Below are positions 11,158 through 22,340 of a DNA stretch of 64,000 nt, in pieces; the first letter of the stretch is position 1, and each line of letters begins with the position of its first letter. The stretch is from positions 113,398,001 through 113,462,000 of the forward strand of contig JBITNC010000001.1 in assembly GCA_050084985.1 (NCBI GenBank), in the 5' to 3' direction. A model generated the notes under the pieces. It saw nothing but the letters and a program-made list of their open reading frames with translations. It did not search any database and was not told the DNA's origin. The stretch comes from Nageia nagi. Taxonomy: Eukaryota > Plantae > Pinophyta. The translations under genes were made by a program, and so were the position numbers.

Positions 11158-14100
11158 CTGCAGGAATTATGTAGAAATATTAGCATAAATTGGTAGCTGC
11201 TTCACATTCTTATTGATTAACAAGAAAAACTATTCAATTGACACAACAGCTAAGCTGTCAGTGAGCATAGTAGGTAGGCAGTCCATAGATGATAGCTAGA
11301 GAAGCTTATTTTTGTAAATTGGGTTGGTTATGGCCACAAATATGCTGCCATTGGATATATAATCAAAGCAAAGAATCCAACCTCTAGAGAGAGATGATCT
11401 AATAACAATATAAACACCCATGTCTTTAATGAATAACCAAAGGGTTGGACATATCCCTTGATTGTCTTTCTTCAATGCTTGTTTTTGTTACATGTTTTTC
11501 TCAATATGTGGTGTGCTCCCTCACAAAAGTATTTGGTAAAAGAATGCATACTTGGCCAAACTTTCCAGATTGGAGATTTGCCTTACAGTTGTCAATACTA
11601 TGGATAAAGCTAACTTGTTTATGTCCATGCATTGCTGCTGTTATAAAAAGAGCATTTGCAAATAGATATTTACAGACAACAAAGAGAAGCAAACCTTAGC
11701 TTGGAGCACTGCAACAAACGTCTTGTCCACCACAGAAGATTGGACAGAGTAACTGTCAAAGTGAAGAATTCTCAAAGTCTGCATTATGTCAAGCAATATA
11801 TCATGTCTCCAGGGACATTGTAGCTCTATTGAGATTTTGTCCTCTTCAATGAATGAAACCTTGACATCTAGAGCTGGATGTACTTTTATTTGAGAAGCTT
11901 GAAAATCAGAAAACTTCCTCTTCTCAGCTCTTTGGATTTTATATGGTGGCTTTGTAGCTGTCAATCCCCAACTGAGAACCCCATCTAAATACTGCACGTT
12001 GTCTACATTGCCTTCATGTCTTCCCATTCCATCTTCTGCACAGAACTGCATTGGTGAGTTGGGATTTTTGGTGCTTATTTCTGCCTCCATTCGCTTATTG
12101 GAAGTTTCTAGGTCCTCTACACGTCTCTGAAGTTGCCTTAGATACTCTATGGCATCCGATAAGATTGATGTCTTGTCCATCTGCACCAAGATGGTTAGGC
12201 ATAATAAGAACATGCATATAGTAAACTATTTTTATTCGAATTGGTTGTATTTCAAATAGTGCCTCTGTTTCAAGATAACATAAAGATGTGAAATTGAGTT
12301 TTGTTATCATATTCATTTCAACTTAATTGAAGCTTTGACAATGAAGAACTTTACTTATGGCATTCAACACAATTTGACTTCTCATGAAAAGACTTTACCT
12401 TGGTGACAAAGGGAACTAAAGATCGAAGAGCAAGAAACTTCTCATTCAATTTTTCTCTCCGCTTGCGCTCTGCTTGTACATGGCTACCACTTAAATCATC
12501 CTGCCCAATATTTTGACCCACTAATCTACTGTCAATGTCTTCTTCGATCAGTTTAGGTGAACTCCGGTCTCTATATTTGCTACTGAGATAACGGATGCCA
12601 AACAAAACCTTCTTCAATAATCTTTGAGGCGTAATTGCTGCTTTCCTATCAAAGACACCGTATCCTTTGTTTCTCCACTCTGTAAAACAGCCCTGATATG
12701 AAAATTGTGAATTCTCACACTTTCTTGGCTTTACATGAAATACACGTGAATCTGTTAATTCGCTGGCTTGTTGCTCTAATATAGAGGTCAAAGTTCGTGA
12801 ATAGTGAGTGTCATCTAATGTCTGGGATGCTGATTCTAGAATATTGTTAATAGCATTTGAGTTTTGTTCCAAGCCCAAAAGCACATGCATCTCTGGTTGT
12901 GAGTAAGTGCAAAACTGAGGGTCAACAATGGACTGAGATATACACTCACTTGGAATATCAGATGCTTGGAGTCCATGACTTGTGTCATCCTGCATATATG
13001 GCCAGTTCTCAAGTGAGGTAGGATCTACATTTACATGTTGATCATATTGTTTATTCTGAAGGACCTGCAAAGTTTCATTTCTGCTTGTTAAGGGAAATTC
13101 AGAACCAGGAATATTGGAACAATCCTCAGGAGATCCAGTATTATAATGCTCACATATTTCAACCTGCATAGGCTCATTTCTGAGCGGTGTATACTCTCTA
13201 GCCAATTTATCTTTCTGATCAAATGCTTGCAAAGGAAGTTGAATATCTTGAGAATTTTGTAAAAACTGTCCACATTCTTTAACAGAGGATCCACCATTAT
13301 TCCGAGCTATGCATACCACATTGTCAGGTGATATCAATCCTGTAACCAGCCCCACTTGATCTTTGTCGTCTCTGTCTAAGACTTGGCAGCTAGAAGTTGA
13401 TTGATCTGAACATATTGGTCTCCGATGGTCCATGAAAAAACTCATGATGTGTTGAACAAGATTCGGATCTTCTCTTACCTGGCAAAAAAGGTTGGAGGAT
13501 ATCAAATTTAGTTTGGAGGATATTCAAAATTGTTTCCATCTCCGTGAAGTCATAATCAATTAATTCACAAGGCAACAATTACAAATATGGAGTCCATCAG
13601 GAAATTCCTTGGATCACCACAAATGTTGAGGGATATCAAATTTAGTTTGGAGGATATGCAAAATGGTTTCCATCTCTGTGAAGTTATAATCAATTAATTC
13701 ACAATGCAATATTCACAAATATGGGGCCCATCAGGAAATTCCCTGGATCACTACTGTGCTTTTTGAATGGTAAAGAGTGTTTTTTAACCTTAAACCAACA
13801 TCCTCCTGAATTAGCAGAGGAAGAATAAATCATATATATCATAATTAAGGAAATAAGGGCTACTAGGATCCAAGTGTGAAGAGAGTAAGCATATTACCAT
13901 TTCTGTCACACCAACTTCAAGTACACCATCTGCAAGAGGAATGCATACAACAGTCTGCAACAAGATACAAACCCTGACAGTCAAACCAAGTCGGGTAGAT
14001 ATGCAGTAAAACAAAAGCTAAAGAGGAAACTGAAAAATACCTGAATAGAAGCGCTCTGAAGGAAAGCATTAATGTTTTCCACAGAAAGGGAAACAAATTT

Positions 14101-17100
14101 ACAAATAAATAACCAATGTTAGTACCAAGCAGATTATGGATGAAATATGCTGAACAAATTTACGTTAAAATGAGTTTAATTGGACTAACACCATGTTAAA
14201 AATGAGAAAAAACAAAAGAAATGTCAGATCAAGTATAAGGAAATTCAATTACTCGAATCTTCCATCTTAGAAAATTCAATAAGATGAAAGGTATTTTTGT
14301 ACTGACATAATTCTATTAATTCAATTTTTAACAATAAGCAGTATACATTACAGGACCATATTTGATAATGTTCAATTTATGAAAGTTTGCAATTCATTTA
14401 TGAATCACCAAAGATAGCATCTTTGATAATTATTGTCTCTTTGTGTTGGATCAAGAAGCCTATATGTCTTGGTCTCTTCACTAAACTCAAATAAAATTGC
14501 ATGTTTCCCTTTTGTCTCAGTTCTGTCTCTGGTTCTATAGTACATCTGTGATTCATGACAATCAAATACATGGATATGCTTTTCCTACAGCCTTATATCA
14601 GTTGACACCTCTTCAAATGATATGTTTTCAATGCCATAGCAACATTTCTGAAAGTGAGTACAAACCTCTATATATAGTTTCTTCGCAAAGCAGTAAGTAG
14701 TTTTTTTTGCCTTTAAGAATGCTTCTCGCCATTTCTAACTATTCTGATTTTATATTATGCAAAACATTTTGACTCTGGAGTATCAAAGGAAGTTAAGACC
14801 TGCAACACCACACTTTTGTAACTGTTACCAACTCTCAGTCTAAAAAACTTTGATCTTCGTCCCACTCTCCTGTTGAGTTGAGGATAGACCATGAATCATG
14901 TTATGTTTTTCCCTTACGCTCCGAACTTCCTCCTTCTTAATACAACTTATTCTACAAAAGGTCTCTCTAAAAAATGTCAATACCCCATGGACCAATTACA
15001 ACACTAACCAGTGATATCCTGAATTCTAGCCTAAGTGATCTACCTTCGAGCTACTCGTCCCATTGTTTAAGCATTTTTACTTGGAGGGTGGTTGATCTTA
15101 ATTTTTTTTCTCATGCACATTCCCCATCAAAATTGGCTTCATGTTAAATCAACTCTCAACATGGCAATAATTTTGCAAACTTAAAGATTTATTCTCTTAT
15201 AGGTGGTTTCCCCTGCCCTCGTAACATTCCAACAGGTTGTGATCCAACCATCTGAATATATAGAACCAAAATACATTAAAAAAACTACATTCATCTACTA
15301 AGATATTGAAATGAGTTGATAGAATTACCTTAGCAAGAAGAGCACGTGGGAAAAATTTGCTATCTGCTTCATTGGCTTGGCAGAGCCACACAAGATGTCC
15401 ATTTGCAAAGGCCCGTCCAGGTAATCTACAAACATCATCCACGAAACACTCACATTATGAACAGAGATATCCCAATTGCTAACTTTAAATGTTTTAAGAT
15501 CAAGAAAAACAGCCATTAATTTTTTTAGTACATTTTTTCTCCTGTGAAGAGGAGGAAAATTAATATAAATTAAACCTCTACATTCAATAAATATAAAAGA
15601 AGTTGGTGAATAATTTCCATTGTGAAGATTCAAGTTGAAATACCATTGCTACAAATTTTGAAGGTTTCTTTTTTCCAATAATATTGTATAGATTTTTTCC
15701 TTTTTTTTTTGTTACACACGCATCCAGTTCATACAACTCACATATTTAACGTAAAGATTGAAATTCAGGATTTGCTTGTGATTATTGCAGTCATCTCAAG
15801 GTTCAACCACTGCGCTGCGCCTACTGAAACATTCTATAGATTTTTATTTTTAATTTTAAATGATTTAATTAAAAGTTTAATAAGTTTATAATATTATTTT
15901 ATTTAGAATTAAAAAATAAAATTTTAAACATTATGTAATACAAAATGTAAATTAGAAAAAATTTAATGTCAAACATTTATATGATTGATACCTTTAAACT
16001 TTAGTTAGATCATTATATTTTTAATATTGGAATCTTAGTCTATATCAATAAATTAAATTTAAAAATAATTTAAAAAATAATCAATGATGATCATTGGTTG
16101 TATAGTATCTCATTTTTAAACAGTAAAATAATAATTTTTTAATATTTATTGTTTAAATAGATAAAAACTTAACCTAAAATATAAGGGAAAGATAGTGTTA
16201 ATCTAAACATTATATATTAGTTTTACTTTAAAGAATAAAATTAACATATTGAAATTTAGAATGAATAATTTATATTTATTTAAAAAATAAAAATTATTTT
16301 AAAAAAATAATTAATGAAATAAATAAATTATAACAAATTAATCAATTTAAAAAGCTATTCATTTATAATGAATTCTCTTAAACTTTTTTAAGATTTAATT
16401 TAAAAAATAAATATAATAATAAATAATATATTGAAAAAACTTTCATACTAATTTAAAAAACAAATTATTATTTTTAATTTATAAATTAAATTCAAGAAAA
16501 AAACATAAATAAGAAACAATAAAATTAAAATTTTAAACATATTTACTAACATTGTATAAAATATTAACCTAATCTACTGAAAAGTTAAATATATTCTTAA
16601 AGATAATTCATTAAATAAATAATATATTATTTATCTAAATTTTTATTTTTAAAATTAAATTCTATGTTCGTTAATATACAATCATCCCATAAACTGCAGT
16701 TAATCTCCCGTGATCGTTAGTATACTTTCTTTCTTTACTACCTCTGAAGTATGATCACTATCTATGTCTTTGCTATTAAATTACTGCTAGATCACTATCT
16801 ATCTTTTTAAGTATTAGATTCCTGCCTGTTGAATTATAGCAGAAACAATCGAAACGAGAAAACACCCAAACAACTTTCACAAAGATGTTTTCTTTTTTGC
16901 ACAAAAGAGTACAGTACCCAACAGTATGAATGAGGCATACGACTGATTCGAGAGAGAAATATTGGACAAGGCTTTCCAGCTTTGTAAAGGCCTGGATATT
17001 AACTGCAAGGTTGAGTATGTGCATCCATCGTACATACAGAACCAAGGAATCTCCAGATTTTGGCATGCTCAGTTGGTTTTACCAGATAATGTATCACTTG

Positions 17101-18884
17101 CCCAAATACCAGTTCTGCACTTTTCAGAGTATGAAGATGTTTGTGAACTGAGTATATATCCCGTACGACATGCCTGACATACATTCCCAGGCAATCGACA
17201 TTAATAGACAAAACGTATATTGATAGATGGATTGGCAGTGCCAGAGAATAGACATGAAAGGACTCTTTATTAAGGCTGTTAGGTTCTTACAAATTAGCCC
17301 GACTCCTGACATACGAAGAACGTTTATATAGAGTATACCGGACAACAATGAGACTTGGAGTTGGTTTTATCATTATTCGTTTTTGTACAATGCGATGTAC
17401 AGTATGTTTATAGACTGTATTCTTGATCATCCAAAAGAACATGAAGCGTGAATCGGGATGTAGAGTGGAGCCCAAGGTATCTTCTCCCTCGAACGAGTAC
17501 AAACTAAACGTCCATGGCACCCCATACATACCCAGTGCCTGCAGCCGCAGCGCCCGCACAATTGACAGTGGCAATGTTTTAACAAAGCTGCTTGAAGAAT
17601 CATGAGATGATGAAGTTTTTGGCGCTACGCAGAAAACATCACAACCTATAGACAGGACGGGACAGCGATCAGATTTTTAATGAATTTAGTGGATCCCTTT
17701 AGGAACCCTAGACAAAAGAAAATGTGTCGTAAGTGTGCCTGAAATCTGTGATAACTTGGCCGTCCGAGTCAGTCTGCGAGGAATCAACTATTCAGACGGA
17801 ACTGTACAAAGCTTTATGTCACATATTATAGGCAAGTTTTTTTGCTAGCTTGGGCTCTTCCTGCTCTTGATTAATCAATCACCAAGAGGGTTTCAACTTT
17901 CATGGTTCACCTCGAGACCAATCTCAAATGTTTTAATGATAGCCAACTTTCCAGTCTTATACAATCTAAACGAAATGCTGAAGAATCTAGAAAATTATTT
18001 CTTCCAATTGATTCGAAGATTAGGTTTCTCATGGTTAGGACGAATATATGAAACTCACTGGAATCTTTGAAGGTTTTCAAAAACACACAGACCAAGTTGA
18101 GTAGTCCGTTATGAATTCTAGCAACGATGGCAAGTTATGGTTTCGATTCTCTACATGAAAAAAGAAAAAAAAAATGCAGCACAATGGGTCTGTGCTTAAA
18201 AATGAATAACTCAAACACAGCGATTGATATAATGTAACAGGTACCCACCCCACACCAGGCGCAAAAGTGTAGGACATGCAGACGAGGTAGTACCACTCGG
18301 TGTCGGTGAGATCCTCGGGCGACAACGCTGCACAGGGTCTCCGGGCAGGCGGGCTGGACTCCCCCGCGGACAAAGTGTGGTAAAGCTCTCTTAATTGCAG
18401 AGTCCTCTGCAGGCAAAGCTCCTCAGGACTCAACTCCATCGGCTGCACCGTCTTCCTCGTCTTTATTTCCCCATTATAGTATCCATCGCTCCACTCCAAC
18501 ACTCTACAAAATCATCTTAAGTATCTTAGATATATATCTAAAAACATTAAGAAGTATAGCGTATTTCATTTCACCATCAGCTTAGATATCTTAGATATAT
18601 ATCTTAAAAAATCGAGAAATATAACCTATTTCATTTCACCATCAGCTTAGATATGTTATATATATATCTTAAAACGTAGAAAAGTATCAACCTATCTCAT
18701 TTCTTAGATACCTAAACCAATGAATGTACAGATACATACGCTTCTTGGGAGAGATTTGCCAGAAGATGGAATATGTCCACTGAAGACTTTGAACAACTGC
18801 TCCAAGCTGCTTCTGCATTAGTTGGTTTCTGCTACCCATGCCCAATGCCTCCGTTTCAGAAGAAGAATCCATAGCCAAACACAT
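11077..18884 (-). CDS. TT8: Subgroup IIIf bHLH transcription factor (TT8/AN1/GL3/R-like, MBW complex partner), 8 coding exons, about 738 aa
   Basis: N-terminal MYB-interacting region ([75 protein letters not shown]). bHLH domain [53 protein letters not shown] with H-E-R residues. C-terminal ACT-like domain. Exons: 18884-~18740, 18503-18249, 15425-15329, 14055-14041, 13954-13898, 13478-12399, 12180-11695, 11157-11077. Introns 2-7 are GT-AG and in frame; junction 1 is ambiguous. The symbol means TT8-like, not proven orthology. Confidence 0.93.
11695..12180 (-). CDS. bHLH exon 7 (helix 2 plus ACT-like domain)
   Basis: gtgcag|[14 protein letters not shown]...[19 protein letters not shown]...VLQAK|gtttgc; 486 nt. 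Confidence 0.93.
12399..13478 (-). CDS. bHLH exon 6 (acidic/activation region plus basic region and helix 1)
   Basis: gccag|[11 protein letters not shown]...[10 protein letters not shown]|gtaaag; 1080 nt, open. Confidence 0.93.
13491..13754. repeat. Tandem duplication (~134 bp x2) in intron 5
   Basis: GGATATCAAATTTAGTTTGGAGGATAT...CCATCAGGAAATTCC(T/C)TGGATCAC occurs twice. Confidence 0.92.
13898..13954 (-). CDS. bHLH exon 5
   Basis: ttgcag|[19 protein letters not shown]|gtaata; 57 nt. Confidence 0.93.
14041..14055 (-). CDS. bHLH exon 4 (15-nt micro-exon SASIQ)
   Basis: ttcag|AGCGCTTCTATTCAG|gtattt; supplies the conserved SAxIQ between LLAK and TVVC. Confidence 0.9.
15329..15425 (-). CDS. 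bHLH exon 3
   Basis: Acceptor tttgtag, [32 protein letters not shown], donor GTAATT; 97 nt. Confidence 0.93.
18249..18503 (-). CDS. bHLH exon 2
   Basis: Acceptor tttgtag, [11 protein letters not shown]...YTFAPGVG, donor GTGGGT; 255 nt. Confidence 0.92.
18516..18705. repeat. 65-bp tandem repeat x3 forming most of intron 1
   Basis: Units start at 18516, 18581 and 18646 (CTTAGATATCTTAGATATATATCT...TTCATTTCACCATCAG). Confidence 0.88.
18740..18884 (-). CDS. bHLH exon 1 (ATG at 18884 or 18872)
   Basis: M(CLAM)DSSSETE...[23 protein letters not shown] followed by GTATGT at 18739. The exact donor is uncertain (see findings). Confidence 0.8.
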
Positions 18885-19024
18885 TCTCTTAAAACTCTCT
18901 GATCAACACACACAATGGCTGAAACAATTGCAACGTCTTCATTAAACAGAACTGGGTGACCAAAAATGGAAAAATCACCCCATCCCTCTTTCTTTTTCCA
19001 TGTCCTTACTACTTCAGCCTCTGT

Positions 19025-19720
19025 CTATAACTGACCTGAGCTCTGCTGGGCAATGGGTAATTGGATTCTACGGCATTTGACGTGTACTTTTTCCATTTTC
19101 TGGTGGAAGAGACAGACCACCTAATCAACACTGCAGAGCTCCTGTCCCTTCGATCTTTACGATGCCCAGTAAACTATAAGTCAACAATAATAAAAACCCA
19201 GTTTTGACTGGCTGGCGGATACCGCATTAATCATCCCCAATATCACTTTTCTCACGTGGCCACCCTGATAGCTTTTTTCCGATCTAAAACGACCGCCTGA
19301 GTGCACAGTAAAACCAACCCATCTTCGAATCCGATCCGGAGATTTTCAAGCTTTCCTGTTGTTAGATAGAGATAAGAATGTTAGCCGATTGGGTATTTTA
19401 ATTCAAAAAAGTTTTTGAAAAGCCTTAGAGGCCGCCGTAAAAGGGGAAGAGAAAGGGCCCCGCGGCCCGCTTTTCGATTTGAATATGTGTTTTTTGGCTC
19501 TTGGAGTTTGCAGAGCCAATGATTTTGTCTGTTTGGTGTTATCATACTTACCTGGCTTGGGCTTCGGGCAGAGAATTTTTTGGTGCTTTCTAGAATGGAA
19601 GATCGTGTGCATACACGTTAATCTGCGTGAGACAAGAATAGATATTATCATTATACCAAAGCTAATGCCTAGTGGATTCTGGCCATCAATGCTTTAGGAC
19701 TAACGCCCGGTTGCTGTACA
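19025..19720 (-). promoter_or_regulatory. Proximal promoter / 5' leader of the bHLH gene
   Basis: G-box CACGTG at 19253-19258; MYB-type sites ACCAACC (~19313), CTGTTG (~19357) and CGGTTG (~19708); CpG retained; candidate uORF 19096-19025. TSS not determined. Confidence 0.5.
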
Positions 19721-20925
19721 ACTAACTATGCAAATTCCTTCCTGTTGGGTTTTGAGTTTGCACAGGATAATCATGCCTTTTTAACGTCTTTTTTTTGAAG
19801 ATCCAAATCCAATTGGTCTCTAAGGTTTTCAAATCAGATAAAATTATAAGATTGATTAGACTTGCTGGCGTAGATAAGGCCGAATAGGACACAATGAGGA
19901 ATTTATGACAACCGCCTCCTAAATGACAACAGATATTTTAACAAGATGATTACTTTTTTAATATTGACAATTTTGTTATAAAATAGATAGACATGTCTTT
20001 TAAAGAAAAGAGTGAAAGTTTTTATATTAGAGATTTAAATTGGAGATCACAAATGGTCATAATAAAAAATAGGGCAAAATAAAAGCTGTAAAAGATACGT
20101 TCGAATACAAAAGAGCGTCATAATACTGATAAGACAAAAAAGTATAGGAGTAGTGTCGAAATACTAGCATTAAAATGCAAAGATGTCGAAATAGAATGGT
20201 AGTGACGGTACAATATGAGACAAAGAGTACTATAATATTGATTAGGTATTTAAATATTGAATGTGCGAATGCATACACGAAGAGCTCCAGAATCCAATGT
20301 TGGTATCTGAGACAACGCGTCGGAGTTCAAAGATGGAAAGCATCAAAATCTGAGATAAAGAGATCCAGAATACTATGCAAGGGTGGAAATGAAATGTGTA
20401 CAAAATTTTGTATACATAAATTACAGATCTCCAGAAATAGAAGCGTCCGGAACAAGATCAGGTTTTTGGGTGGCTTTTCCCCTAGAAATAAATCTTTGGA
20501 GAGCTTAAATGTTATTTTCAAACTATTCACCATTCACATGGTTATATTTTTAGTGAGTGTTTTGCATTCCTCGTTTTTTACTATGGAATATTTTTCTATT
20601 TCTATCTTTCTAGATTATCCATATTATTAAGAATGAAATAGTTTAATAAAGATATTTTACGAGGTTTTTCTCTTCAAATCTTATTTGTATGTCTTTTTTC
20701 AGTTTAATTAAACACTTTTGCTCATTCAAAAGCCCAGGGATTTAATTCTGTTAACATGGTCGAAATTTGACGGTCGTCTTGAACGTTTTTGGCCTTTTTA
20801 AACGTTTTTTACAACCCTTTTCTCTCTTCTAACCATCACATACGAAAAATATATATTTTATTACCAGGGAAAATATATATATAATAAAAAAAATTAAATT
20901 CATTAATTCTTTTTCAAATATTCAT

Positions 20926-20927
<2 letters not shown>

Positions 20928-20960
<33 letters not shown>
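20928..20960. repeat. (TA)n microsatellite
   Basis: Direct reading. Confidence 0.95.
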
Positions 20961-20964
<4 letters not shown>

Positions 20965-21487
20965 CAAAATATTTATATTTAATCTACACAAAACTATTTT
21001 TATTATATTATCAATGTATTTAGAAAAACTTAAAAAAATTAACCATATTTTCATGGACATTGCAATATTAAAAACATTTACGGATAGGTACATATGTGTC
21101 AGCTTTTCGTTATTTTACATTCAAGAAATAAATGGCTCAGGTTTTCGTTATTCTCCATGCATCTCATGTAGATATGTGGGCCCAATATATTCCATTTTTG
21201 TAAATTTTATTATGTTAGAATCTTATTTTGCAATGTTTGTTGTAGAGATTAAAAATTGATTTTATTCAATTAATAATAATTGCATAATAGTATAAATTAA
21301 ATTTATAACAATCATCAATGTAATTTAGTTATTACATATGATTTTTAATACTACTAAATTTGAATTCGAAACGTAGTTACAAATAGGATAATTATTAACA
21401 AGATGGATCAACAAGCGAAAGCTTTGCACCCAAAGATCAATAAAGCTCTCTTCCAACAAGTAGGATAATTATTCATCTTATTCAATT

Positions 21488-22340
21488 TCATTATTGTTCT
21501 TAGCTATTATCATTGAGTTAAGAAACAAGTTTGATAGATACTTATGATTATTTAATTATTGAACCTCTTTTAAGTATCTATAGAATTGCTTGTTAAATGG
21601 AAGGACTTGACATAAAAAAGATGCTACATGGGAGGAAAAAACTGAACTAAAGGATTTTCCATAGATAAAATATTTGGGGATATATATTTTCAATGGATAG
21701 AGGCACATTATGACCCTTGCATAACTACATAATTAACCTTGATATCATTGAAGTTGGCTATAGGTCATAAATATTAATGTCTTAGTTATATTAACATATA
21801 AATAGGAGTATTGGTTAGAGCCATAAATATCATATTATCATTATTGTTCTTAAAAATTGTTGTTGAGTTAAGAAACAAGATTGATATATACTTATGTTTA
21901 TTTAATTATTGAATCTCTTATCAATATTTATAGAATTACTTTTCAAATGAAAGGGTTTGACATAAAAAAAGATGTTATATGGGAGGAAAAAACTAAACTA
22001 AAGGATTTTTCATAGATAAAATATTTTGGGATAAATATTTTTAATGGGTAGAGGCATGCTATGACCCTTGCATAACTACATAATTAGCCTTGATATCATT
22101 GTAAGTTGGCTATAGGTCATAAAGATTAGTGTATTCATTATATTAATGTATAAATATGAGTATTAGTTAGACCCATAAATATTATATTAGCATTTATCTA
22201 ATTAGGTATCTTTACATATTTGGGAGATCAAGCCCCTCAAAGTCGAAATATCTTTTTTAATCTCTTGTTGATTTCTCGTTGTGAACTTTTATTACTCATT
22301 GTTCTTGCATATTATTATATATTGTGATTGGTTACTCATG
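21488..22340 (+). mobile_element. Chromovirus (Gypsy) 3' remnant: integrase chromodomain plus LTR start, duplicated in tandem (350-bp period)
   Basis: Decayed LLVKWKDL..DATWEE motif followed by a purine-rich stretch and (TG)TTATGACCC. Copies start at 21488 and 21838. Confidence 0.65.

Noticed and set aside
10960-11699. Plus-strand ORFs of 78 and 84 aa
   Set aside because: Antisense to exon 8 and intron 7; no independent evidence
15797-16680. AT-rich block as a MITE (CAAGGTT...AACATTG)
   Set aside because: No matching TSD and only a short imperfect TIR
16776-17605. Cluster of overlapping 60-96 aa ORFs as a nested gene or viral insert
   Set aside because: No recognisable motif. Frames are broken by stops even if TGA is read as Trp. 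Longer ORFs are expected in balanced-composition sequence.
20175-20630. 151-aa plus-strand ORF divergent from the bHLH gene
   Set aside because: No domain, atypical composition and no splice support; probably chance
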